DNA from: Blasia pusilla
Lineage: Eukaryota
Length of the DNA: 64,000 nt
NCBI GenBank assembly: GCA_050084515.1
Contig: CM114271.1
Coordinates: 32,674,001-32,738,000, forward strand
Direction of reading: 5' to 3'
Part shown: piece by piece, positions 37,400 to 49,199 of the stretch
Layout: each line of letters opens with the position of its first letter
Numbering within the stretch: position 1 is the stretch's first letter
The notes under the pieces: generated by a model
What the model was told of the DNA's origin: nothing
What the model saw: only the letters and a program-made list of their open reading frames with translations
Database searches by the model: none
Translations under genes and position numbers: made by a program

Positions 37400-39900
37400 C
37401 AAGTAATGAGCTAAGGCGCCATCACCTGAGTGCCATCCTTGTGTGAAGCGTGCTGACTCCTCCCAATAATCCAGGGAAAACCCTATTGGTTGTAACAATG
37501 CTCCACCAACCAAGACGTCGTAGGACTCTACATCAGTCACTATTGCCTTGGCTCGCACCACGGACTCATGTGTAGGATGTCCCGAGCGAATCCTCTCCAC
37601 GACCTCCTATCGGGTGATATACTATGTGGTACTTGCTCCATCCAAGGATGTCTGTATCCGGAATGGACAACGCTCCACATCGGCTCTAGTCAAACCCAAT
37701 CCTATGAATGATGCTTTCCCCAACATCAGGGGTTGCGCTCCTAAATCCAACAAGATGCGCTGCGGACTAAAAGCTCTACTTCTAGGACTCACCAATTGGA
37801 AGACCTCTCCCTGCAACACAACTCCAAGAGAAGCCATGGCCCGCTCTATCGCGGGTCTAGCGGGCATCTCCGCCATCCTAGCAGTTGCAGCCTGCCATGA
37901 ATTTGATGTGGACGGCCCGAGCATCCGCTCCAAGAGTAGGTCCATCACCTCCTCTACAATCACCTCTGAACGTGATGCAAGAACTCCAACTCCACGCTGA
38001 CATAGCGTAGTGGCCAGCCAGAACACCTCGGCGGGCGTACCTCTCAATGTCATAACATCGGAAGCAGAAAATAGCAAAGCACGGTACACCATCATGGTCG
38101 CTCCCAACATTGTATTCAACACATGCTCCTCTTGAGCATCAGCAATAGGAGTCTTCGTACTCGTTTCTCCCATCACTTTCCCTATGTGCACAACAGTAAT
38201 ATTGCCAACTCTCCGGGAAATTTGATCAAGACTCATCTATGGGGTCCTCATCGCCTTGGACAACGTGAATGATTGAGGAATCCTCGTCTGTTTCTTGGCT
38301 TCCCTCCGCTGTGGATCTAACTATGCAGTTGCTCCACTCGTCACAACTACGACAGCCTCCGTCTGGAAAATCTCGCATATCCAACCAAATCCTCCATATC
38401 TCTGGATGCTCCATATGATGTCGATGCCACGGATCCGGCATCGGGTAACCTCAATGCCATAGCGCAATCTACTCTTGTAGCTGTTGTATCTCAACAACCA
38501 TCCTTGCCTCACGCTCGGCATCTCCCTCAATGCGTCTAGGTGGTGAGACTCTACCTCCTCAACAGGAAACTCCACCACCTTGTCGCGCAACTCCAGCTCC
38601 TCGTCCCCCAACAGAACCACCTGATGCACGACTTCTAGGCCCATCCGGACTGGCTACTCGCTCTCGTGCCCTCTCTGGCCCTCGCTCCGAATGTAACTCA
38701 AGGTGTAAACTGAAACACCTGGCGCGTGTGTGACCATAACTTTGACAATAGTCACATTGATAACCTCCTAGTGCATCACCATCTCCTCCTCCATGCTGAG
38801 GCACACGTCCATGACCCTGACGAGTGCAATCACCCTGATGATGGGCTCCACCACATGACCAACAAGTAATCATAGACTGCTGGTGCTGAGCCGCATGTGA
38901 AGGCGCAAGTTTCTATGGCATGGCCTCCCGGTATCCTCCTTGAGCTCGTGGTGCCACAGTCAACCTATCTTGGAGTCCACATTGCTACACTAGTGGTACA
39001 GGCAATTGTGACTGCTCTTGCCTAGAACCCATGGCGGCTACGCTTTCCTCCGCCATATTGCGCTCAATGTTCTCTGTGGTCTTAAAAACATCTCTCAATG
39101 TAGGTGAGGTGTTCATAAGAAGCACCCCCTCCCACTCCCGTGCCCGTAGGGTCCGATCCAGCATCGCGTACCATGACTGGATAGCCTGAGCCTCTCTCAT
39201 CCCCTGAGTGAAGTTGATCAACCGACGCAAGTGAGTGTAAGCCTCACGCAAACTCTCACCCAGGTGCCCGTGGAAGTTGTGGATGCTCCACAACTTCTCT
39301 ATTCGTACCCCCTGGTAGCTCGCCCTCAACTCAGCAAAGAACTCAACCACGGGGTTGAACTTGGGACGAACGCGACTAGACGGTGCAACTGCTCCTGTGC
39401 GAGTGACGCCTCCTAAAAAATCACTAGTGGAAGAGGAAGTAGCCTCTGCTGACTCCTCCTCCTCATGTGGGAACGACTCTGTCCATGACACATAGTGTGG
39501 GTCATAGTAGAGTCACCATATCTCAATCTCCTCGGCATATCTGTGGGAGAACTCATGATAATCGTCCATGGGTGCCCCCTTTAAATGCTGGAATATACCG
39601 TTCCATGCTGTAAATGGGTTGAACTCTCTAGAGTTCCTAGCCCGTTGTGAGTCACACCAACTCCTAAACTCCGCAATGAAGTTGTGTAGCTCTATAGTGC
39701 CTACAACACCCAAAAACCTACGTGGTCCTCTACCTTGATCGTCCATCTCGTACGCCCAACTAGTAGGACCACTCAATATGTATGGTGGATTACTAACACA
39801 CTCCTATACACGCTCTCCCTCGTTTGAAGATGATACAGAAGGAGATCAAGGTGGTCTCTCACGTGGAGACCCTCGAAACCTCGCACCACTCCGGGTAAAC
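37400..39900 (-). pseudogene. Gag (two Zn knuckles) and protease of copy B
   Basis: GESLREAYTHLRRL, CWSCGGAHHQGDC, CDYCQSYGHTRARC, RILLDLGAQPLMLG, YDVLVGG. Confidence 0.85.
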
Positions 39901-40744
39901 CCTCCATAGCTACTCTCAGGTCCACTACCTCTCCTCTCAAAATCCCGAAAGGCTGCCTTGATGACCCTTATGCCCCTCTCACACGATCACTCTCAATCTT
40001 GCAAGTAATCCCTCAATCACTCAAACTAAACATGCGGCACTCAATCTACACTCTCTCACTAAGACGTGTGTTGTGCGGCAACAAGCGGCGTGGTCCGAAA
40101 AATGAACTGATCTATCGTCTCATGGATAAACCATCCTCAACTCTGGACATCCCACACAGGTCTATGTCCCCTAAACCCATACATCATCGATGCTCTCAAC
40201 ATCAGCACGAAACCTAATATCCCAAATAACTTCCCAATACCCGGAAATCCCACACACGTGTAGGGTAAGAGACCAAAATGGGTAACCTGACAATAATGTC
40301 AATGTCGCTCCTCTACAACTGCAAATCTTGACCCTAACTCGTTCGTGAAGATAACTCCTCCAATCAGCAAGTCGTACTCTGCTCGTACTGATGTTGCTTA
40401 AACCTCCTCAATATGCGGTGTGGATCTAGCAATTCGGTGCGGCACTAGCGGCATGGAACGGCTACAAAATGACATGGCACTTGATAATGGGATGTGGCAC
40501 TCCATAGCATACCCTCCTCAATCAGCAATACACACTCTTTTCTCCTTAGTGAAGGAGCGGCTCCGCGATCGAGACGGTGCGGTGCGGCCTCGAGCGGCAC
40601 GACGCGGCAATTGGCGGTGCATTGCGGCTACGGGCCTCACGCATGCATCAACATCTGCGACAATAGCACTCCTCAAAGGCCATCTAGGGATCATCAATGG
40701 GGTCCAAAGAGCTCTAAAAATGGGAAAGAGTGGATAAGTCTAGC

Positions 40745-41186
40745 TTGCCTGCCAGCTTCTCCCCTCTGGAGATCCAACTCCACATCGGATCGTTGTGGCT
40801 TAGAAGCTCTCATCGTGCCTCTCGTAACCACTATATCTGCATCCACCTGTGCAGTGTTGCACAAAAATCCCATACCTCCTAGAGCATATAGAGGGCCACA
40901 GCATATCGAGAAGTAGACACGCCCCCCATACTTGATGTAGATGCCTGTTGGGCCGTCATAGCGTGAAGGCGTTGCTCCAACTGAGCAATCCTCACCAAAG
41001 TTGCCTCTAATGCAAGTGTTGCACTTGCTCTAGAAGGTGGTGGGGTCCTGCCTCCACCACATTATCGACCTCCTACACCTGGTCCTCTGCCACCTCCAGG
41101 TCCTCCACCTCCCTCTACGCGCAGCTCGGGGTGGAGCTCGAAACATCTCTCAGGTGTGTGGCCATATCTCAAGCAATGATCACACT
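40745..41186 (-). pseudogene. Gag fragment of a fourth copy (D) of the same Gypsy family
   Basis: The minus strand reads CDHCLRYGHTPERCFELHPEL and ...CNTAQVDADIVVTRGTMRASKPQRSDVELD, homologous to copy A CDYCHRYGHTRDRCFD and CSATRVEAAVVVTRGAAR...GVEID. Confidence 0.75.
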
Positions 41187-41775
41187 CACTAGAAGAAATC
41201 CTTGGGTTATATGACTCATACAAGTCATACTTTACATTCCACGACTAGAAATGACTGATGACTACTTTAGACACAAAAGCCAAGTCATATTTGTCTGGCG
41301 ACTAGGCTAACTAGGATGGTCGGCTTAGGTGGACGTTGGTATATGACTAGAGGATGTAGTCATGAGGCCATGATTGACACATCACCAAGATGACGTGGAA
41401 TAATGACACATCAACGTATGAAGTGGACTAATTGGTGTGACATGTCACTAATGATGTGGACTATGGAAGATAACTTGTGTAGTCATATCTAGGGTATCTG
41501 TATAGTTACCACTAATGACTACAATAGTCATGTTTAGTCATGTCAAAGTACACAATATCCAATGACAATGTGACTGGTGTACCCCATGGGTGAGGAATCC
41601 ACTTGGCAGTAATAGTCATGTCTCCACCAGTCATTAAATTTTCAGGTTCAGTTGTAGTTAGCGACTTGTGTACTCATTCCAATTTTTTCCAATGCTATAA
41701 TGTACTCATGTAGTCACCTTTAATCACTCACCAAGTAGTGACACATGGCTAGAGTAGAAGGCCCTACAACTAGTG
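41187..41775. mobile_element. CACTA-like non-autonomous DNA transposon terminus/fragment
   Basis: Begins CACTAGAAGAAAT exactly where the gag fragment stops; followed by dense ATGAC/GTCAT subterminal-type repeats; possible right end CTAGTG at 41775 or TAGTG at 41740; 3-bp TSD not confirmed. Confidence 0.55.
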
Positions 41776-42018
41776 TAGACATATCATAACTGTGAGAAAA
41801 CAAAAAGTGACGAAATCACTGAAATCTTTACAAAACTTAGAGATACAACGTGGCCTAGTCCGTCCGTGCGCTCACGGAAGAGCTTCGATGGAACCTGAAC
41901 ATGGAGATAACTCGACATACGAGAATGCGCTACCGCTGTGGCTCCCGACTATTTGACTACTCGGGAAAACTAGGGTTTTTACTTATTTTTCTTTGTTTCT
42001 ATTAATAGAAAAATTTTG

Positions 42019-42067
42019 AACCCTATATTGCATCATGGTGCCCCGCAACCTGATGCAATATAGGGTT
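42019..42067. repeat. 17-bp perfect inverted repeat (hairpin)
   Basis: AACCCTATATTGCATCA (42019-42035) / TGATGCAATATAGGGTT (42051-42067). Confidence 0.85.
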
Positions 42068-44379
42068 AGATAAACCTAGTAACGCTACTCCTAAAACCAC
42101 CTACGTCATATTACTATGACTCCTTCAACGTCTAAGTCGGAACCGTCAATCTAGGCTTCTCCTCATACAAGGGGGCCGATCAGATTAATGGTGCTCAGAG
42201 GAGTGGATGTTGAGAATCCAAAAATAACAACTGTGGGAGTTGGGGACTAGACAAAATGAGTTGGATAATCATCCCAATTGGACTAAATGATTCATTTTTA
42301 GTGAGTAAATAGGAATGAAAACTCACTACATCGGTAATATTGATATCAATAGTAGTAAATGTAGATTTCCTTTTTGGAGTTTTTGATGAATTTATTTTGA
42401 AAGATCTTCCATTTGTAATTGGATTTGAATTACTCAAATCCTCATGTCCATTTCTGTTTGAATTGCAACACTAAAGCATACACCTAAGCATAAAATGCAA
42501 TATGGACTAAGGGCACACAACCAGCAACATGGCAACTCAACTACAAGAGGATGAAATGCAAAAGAACAGAGTGTCTTAAAAGTAAGATCTGATATTAGAA
42601 TTAGCACAATTTATGATTCTCATATCCAACAAACTAGAAAGGTGTCTAAAGCCATTAATTGAAGTCAACTCAAAAGAGAAGTCTATGCACCTTAGGTAGT
42701 TGGGTGCAAAAATAAAAAAACTACTCTACTGCATCATCTTTCTCAAGGCATCTACCTGGGGTCCTAGCCCCTAGGATCAAGGCTCAAATCCAAAAAATTT
42801 GGGAGGACGACCATAGCTGCAACCAAGCTAATGCAAGGTTGAGATGACTTCGTCTACTGGAATCGAATTGCAGAAGAATGGAAATATGGCATGCACCATT
42901 AAAATTCCAAAAAGTACCAATGGAGATTCATTCCATAAAAGATCTGATCATATTCCTCACACATTTAGAGTTTATCAATAATCATAACCCTAGTCGCGTG
43001 GATAATCTCTCCTATCAGATTCCAGAAAAGCAAGAAGATAAACGCAATGAAACTTTCGCACCTTACGTGACAGTGAGTTGACACCTATTGTCATTCTATG
43101 TTAACTTTTACGAAATTAACAACACTAAGATAAAAAACATCGCTGAAATTGATAAGCTAGCATCAATGAGTCGTATATCAAGTTCAATAGCCTAGATTAA
43201 CGGCCCAAAGCTGTTGCACTGGGAAGCATCAACTTTAGAGGATTCTCATAAATTGGCCTAGCTTTATCTTGTCCTAGATAATTCCTTGGCTAATACCTAG
43301 AAGCTCCACATCAACACTTGCACTTCATGACTGTCTTCATCATGTCACGAGTTACTTTCTTCACTTCTTCCTGCCTCTAGATCAATCCCAATCTTTAGCA
43401 CCATCCAATCAGAGCGCAAGATCTATCGCACAAGACTACACTTGGAACTACTTAATGACTCTCTCACCTGCAAAATATCCAATCACTTGGAAATGTTGTC
43501 TTCTCCATCCCTAGCTTTTTGCTCTAGCACACACAATCACAACTCCAAACACTTGAAGGACATCTAGCTTAAGAACTTAGTCAGGTAAGAGGATCGAGCC
43601 TCGTTTCAGGAGACGGGGTAATCCGTTCCACCAACTGAATTGATTTAGAAAAGCATGGCCATGGCTTGGCGTAACCTGTCACCCAAACTCGTAGCATATG
43701 CCAGTGAAAAATAACCCAGAGACCTATCTGTTGTGATCCACACAACTCTAATTGCATTTTGGCCTTGAGTTCTTGCTCACGAGCGAGCTCTTTTCCCAGT
43801 AATTGGGATCAATACTCATAAAATTTTGCACAATCAAACACCATTGTGCCCTCCTTACATTCGCTTCTTGCTTGATTTTCCTCGAGCCCAAAATTCATCC
43901 GATGTGGTCCAGAATCAAGCCCACCTCACTCAAAATCAACAACAAAGTGCCCACGCACTTGCTAACTTGCCCACACTCAATCACGTCACGATTGACACTA
44001 ATTTCCTCACCAAAATTATCTCAAGAATTCCGTCCCTACGATTTGATCTTTAATTACTCCACCAGGATTGAGAAGCATCCCCCTTTTCAAATCTTGTCGA
44101 ATATATCACATTGCACAGATTTCTCAATTCTGAACATCTCACTTTGATTTCACCAAATCTTCTGCCCCATGTTCTCCCACATGGTCAAGATACACTAGCT
44201 TGAAATTCTTGCAAACCCCATAGTACCACAATTATGCTCTACATCAGATATTGAGTCCCACGTTCTCTTCTATTGAAAACCAATGTGCATCTCTTCAGGA
44301 TATAAAGTTGAATATGCATTGTAAACTTTGATGAAATCTGCAATCAACCGTGCTTCATCCAAACAGCCATATACATGAA

Positions 44380-44710
44380 TTAGATACACACTGATGTAAC
44401 ATCAAGAGAAAGTGTACACAAGGACTCCCAATATATGTGTGATCTTCCTGATTTATCACTTCTAGCCCACTCTTCAAGAGAGAATCCAAGATCAATACAT
44501 GCAAGCCGCACTGTATCACAGATCCCAACAAGGGTATGCAATCCTAAGGAGATGAGCTCCAAATGAGCTTCATCCTAGGTATATCCCCTAGGCACCTCCA
44601 TATATGGGTGACCTGTACACACAGGTCACCTCCCTTCTAACAGGTCACTACCAACCTGTATTACATTCATACTAGCTCCCTAATAACTACACATGTAGTC
44701 CCCTCATAAT
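44380..44710 (-). repeat. LTR-like fragment homologous to 31800-32170
   Basis: Shared blocks ATATGTGTGATCT, CTAGCCCAYTCTTCAAGARAGAATCCAAG, CATGCAAGC, GGTATATCCCC and GGTGACC-N10-GGTCACC. Confidence 0.65.
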
Positions 44711-45929
44711 TTCACAAAAATCTAATACTTGGTCCATGTCTTACACTTGAGACTAGTGTTTTCCTTATCTTATTTATGTATTTGAGATATTTCTATCAAG
44801 ATGGCATACCTTTCTTAGAATATTTATCTCGTCGTACTAGAGAACTATTTTTGAGTTTTACCTTATATAAACCCTACATGTTATTGATGTATCAACTAAG
44901 ACAATCTATACAAGAATCTATAGCACTTGCCTCCACCTTTAAGGATCCGATCCCATGTGGCCAAGATCGCCAAGACTTATGTGTACATGTCACGTTGTTT
45001 TGCTATTATTGTTTTAGGTAAGTATCATTCTATACTTACCTACTATTATTGGGAGTGGGTTTGATTTGACATTGAGAGAGAAATGTAAGAGTGCACACAT
45101 GTGAGAGCTATGGTGTTGTGAGAGAGATTTGACCTTATTTTACAAAGAGAGAATGAGAGGGTGAGAGCTAGTTTTGATAGGGATTGAGTATGGGGGGGTT
45201 GCCCTATGCTGGTGCTCTCGGGAGCACCATATAGCTTGCTGATTTGTATTTTCACAGGTTTTACATTTTCGTTGGGAGAAATCAGCGCGGAAGCGCTGCC
45301 AAAATTTATGTAGGAGAAGAGATGTTAGGATTTACAAGAGTCCCAGTAAGTTTTTATTGGAATGTCCGATTTAAAATATTTTTTGATGCCATCGTAGATC
45401 ATAAAGTTGCGCACGCTGTGCAATAGACGATGCACGATTTGGAGTATGAGCATAAAGTTATGGCCGATTTTGAAAAACCGCCATTGTTAGGTAATTTTTA
45501 GGATAAAATTGTTCAAACCCTAAACCAACCGCCGCGCCGGCGGCGGCCGTCATCTTCAACGGTCCACCATCATCTTCGATGGCCTATTGTCACCATCAAC
45601 GGTCCGCCATCACCGTCGATGGTCTATCATCATCGTCCGATGTCGACCTTTGACCGTCGATCGTCGTTGAGAGCCGCATTCGGCTGTTGTCCGTTGTTGG
45701 TTGCCAATGCCACCATTATGGAGTGGACGGTCTTCCACGACAACCGTTGATTCTTTGACTTACACCGCCACCATGTACTTTTTTGTGGCCGCCACTATCA
45801 TTGCAATTCCGTCATCAACCAGTGATGGCAAGTAACCTCGGGTTACGGTGTTTGAGATTTCATTTCATTTTGCTCTGTCCCACGTTCTCTAGGAGTGAAG
45901 ACGTTGATACCCTTTTACACCACATCGAT

Positions 45930-46880
45930 TTTGTGGCAATATCCCGAGGAGGGTGTATGTATACTTGATCTCTTTGGAGGGATTAGTACAACATTGATTG
46001 TAGTGTTGCAAGCTGGAGTACAAGTACATCAGTACTTGTATGTTGAGAGAGATGAGACTGCACGGAGAGTCTCATTACATCATGTGTCGAGACTAGTCTA
46101 GAAGTATCCTCAATTATTGCCAGTGTCTGTTGTCATGGGATATCAACATGTATTGTCAGCCAATATTTTGTTGATGGGGGCACCAGATCTGGATAGGGTT
46201 GATCCGATACACTTGGTGGTGGCAGGATGGCCATGTCAGGGTCATTCTTCGGCGGGTTAGGGACATGGTTTGCAGAACCCGAGGTCGGCCATTTTTTGGG
46301 ACATGTTGTGAGTTCTCCGATACTTGCAGACTACCCAGTGATGTTCTCCAGCTTATTTTGGAGAATGTCCCATTGTTAAGTGACTTTTGAGCCCAAGTGG
46401 TGGCAAGTGTACATCAGGTTTGGTCATGGATAAGACCGGCTGTGATGTTGGATGCAGCGAGTGTTGGATCACGCGCACATCGGTCACAATTGTGGTGGAC
46501 AAACCTTTTACCATCCGAGTTGTTGAGGTGGGCTTATGATGGAGTCCAGAGACCATCACTACTAACACTGGATGTGATCTTGGATCCAGGGCGGCGATCT
46601 TAGGTTGTTACCCGTTGGTAGTGGGCCAGCAAAAGGCAGCATCTCAGGCAACATTGCCTACGTTGGTGAGTTTTCTGGCATCTCATGCTTTTTGTCAGGG
46701 AGGACCAAGCATGATATGGGGTCAGTAGGAAGGTACACTGGTGGAGCCCAACGCTGACGAGTGAGAGCGAGCTATGGGGCTATCTACAGGTACGACGATG
46801 ATGCCTATGATGGAAAAGGCATCCCTCAGATAGGTATTGGGTCAGGCTATAGGACCTGAACTGTCTTACTTGGATGTTCA
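45930..46880 (+). pseudogene. C5-cytosine DNA methyltransferase domain (DNMT3-like) of copy C
   Basis: VCILDLFGGIST (LDLFGG 45964-45981), YLYVERD, VVAGWPCQGH (GWPCQG 46225-46242), ILENV (ENV 46361-46369), LDAASVGSRAHRSQLWWTN, VEPNADE*ERAMG, LR*VLGQA (46825-46861). Confidence 0.9.
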
Positions 46881-47190
46881 GTCTTGGTTTGGCTAAGCAG
46901 TGACGCCTGCGAGAGGCGTCTGTGACATTACGTCCACTTTGCAGCGCTACGTCTACCCGAACGGGTGAGACATTGGCTGGGGGCGTGATGGTGATGGAGA
47001 GGCATCCATGGACTTCATGGGATATGTCACGAGAGCACAGAGAGATGGAAGTTCATTTTGTTGATGCAAGACATAGTGGATGCCTAGAAAGTTGGTGTCT
47101 GAGTTGGGAGAGCATGTTGCTGCTCCAGAGGTTGCTAGTTAGCAACCACCACCCTCCTCTTCTCCAAAGATCGCAAGAGAGACTTGGGAG

Positions 47191-49020
47191 ATGGTGATTG
47201 GTCCTAGGTTGACAGGAGCGGAGAGGAGACGAGTGTTGCAGTTCTTGTGGAGATTCAGAGATTGTTTTGCATATACTATGAATGACTTGGGTACACTAAA
47301 GGGTCCAGATATTCGGATCGAGTTGGATAGTGATATTCCTATCTTCCGACGACCCTACAGGTATTCCGACATGGAGCGAGCCTTGATTGAGAGTAACAAT
47401 CGAGACTTGGCTGACGCTGGAATGGTGGAGAGATTGCTTGGAGAGTATCCATCTACTACAGTTATGCCGACAAAGAAGGACATGCATGGCCAATGGACTG
47501 ATAGACGGATGTTTGGGGATTACCATTTGGATTGAAGAACGCCCCTGCACGTTTTCAACGAGTTATGGATAGGATTTTGGCTGGTTTGGATTATGCGAGA
47601 TGTTACATCGATGACATTTTTGTCTTCAGTGCCACGGTTGAGGAGCATGAGAGACATATGGAGGAGGTGTTTTGATGATTGCAATTACATGGGCTGAAAT
47701 TACATCCAAGCAAGTGTGGATTCTTCCATGACCAGATCGAGTACCTTGGACACATCATTTATCTAGGGGGTATTGGGGCAGCGTATGAAGATGGAGGCCA
47801 TAGCGCGCATTCCCCACCCTACAGATGTGAGTCGAGTTCGAGCTTTCATGGGATTGGCGAACTACTACCGACGGCACGTGAAGGGCTTTAGTGCCATTGC
47901 GAAGGCATTGACTTTAGTGTCGTGCGCATACACATCGCTACACAACATAGATCGCTGTCAGCGAACACACACACACACAAACACACACAATCCCATGCTA
48001 ACTCATGGCATCCATACACAGAGACGAGGAGTACCAAAATATCTCCAATAAAGTAAGATCCAATTTATCTCTACACCATCTCACACCATAGCTCTCAAAG
48101 GTGTGCACTCTCTCTCATATCAAACCAAACCCACTCTCCTAATGAGAGGCTTGGGTTACACTCACAAAGCAAGGGACCATAGCTCCGCCGCCTTATGCCA
48201 AGAGGTTCAACAAAGAGAGAATGAGCTCTCAAAGCTCCCTCTCTTGGAGGTATATCCCCTTCCCTCTACCAAGCCCTCTCAACGGTAACCTATGCTCGCA
48301 GGTCACCTCCTTGGCTCTTGAACTACTGTAACGGGTCAAGGGCTATTTCCCAAAGTGGAAATTCAACTATCCCCAACATGGAAACTTACCCCGAAATAGT
48401 AAGTTTCTCTATATGACTCCAAATGAACCGAAACGAAGGGGAAACCTCCTCTCTCAGGTTTCGTGGGGCCTCTGCATGTCATTCTCGACCTCCTGGGCAT
48501 GTCCTCCACTACTTGTGAAGACGCTTTGCTAGATCCCACCGATCTATCCTAATAGTCGTGACATTGCTGACTAGGTTGGACCAGGAGTGGTTTTGGGGAG
48601 ATGATCAAGAGCGAGTATTTCAGGAGCTCAAGGATAGGTTGATGTTCTCAAACATTTTGAGGAGACCTATGCGTGGTCGTCCGTTCTAGTTACATACGGA
48701 TTGGAGTATGTTGGGGTTAGGAGCGGCTCTCACTCAAGAAGATGATGAGGGGAAGGAGTTCGTAGTGGCAGATGCAAGCCGCTCGAACAACAAAGGCGAA
48801 GTTCCTATGAGGGGGAGTGCTTAGCTGCACTGTGGGTAGTGGCCCATTTCAGTTGTTATTTGTTCGGGAACCCTTTCACACTCGTCATTGATCATTAGCC
48901 ACTCATGGTTGATGGAGTCTGACAAGCTTACAGGGAAGCTTGCCAGATAGCCACTCTTGTTACAAGAGTATGATTTTCAGGTTATCCATCGCCCATAACA
49001 TCTAAACCACGATACGGACG
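47191..49020 (+). pseudogene. RT and RNase H of copy C, with an internal deletion and interrupted by a solo LTR
   Basis: PIFRRPYRYS, RRMFGD, LPFGLKNAP, YIDD (47604-47615), IEYLGH, SAIAKALT | LTR | LLTRLDQ, LHTDWSMLGLGA. Confidence 0.9.
47918..48563 (-). mobile_element. 646-bp solo LTR of the same family, inserted antisense into the RT of copy C
   Basis: TGTCGTG...CGTGACA termini; it interrupts AKALT/LLTRLDQ, which is contiguous in copy A; its ends match the LTR pieces of copies A and B; TSD degenerate (TTAG vs TTGC). Confidence 0.88.
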
Positions 49021-49199
49021 GGTTGAGCTGTGACCCATGCACAAGCCAGAGTGAAGTGGCATGGTGAGAGTGATGAGGAGATGGTGTCGGGTTGGCACGC
49101 ATCTGCCTATTTGTGTTTGTTGGCTATGTCAGGTTAGCATGAGGCATCCACTCCATGAGGGAGGTTGGATGGTGAATCCTTAGATCCACATGGTAGTGA

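Larger units (their letters stand above)
34102..40400 (-). mobile_element. Ty3/Gypsy-DNMT retrotransposon, copy B; decayed and rearranged (integrase inverted); right boundary approximate
   Basis: gag, PR, DNMT and RT on the minus strand (39900 to 35100); RH-INT on the plus strand (34213-35074); LTR end TGTTGTGCACATACACATC at 34102. Confidence 0.9.

Noticed and set aside
41200-41760. CRISPR-like or satellite array
   Set aside because: The repeats are irregular 5-6-mers in both orientations, without a fixed repeat-spacer period, in a eukaryotic TE context.
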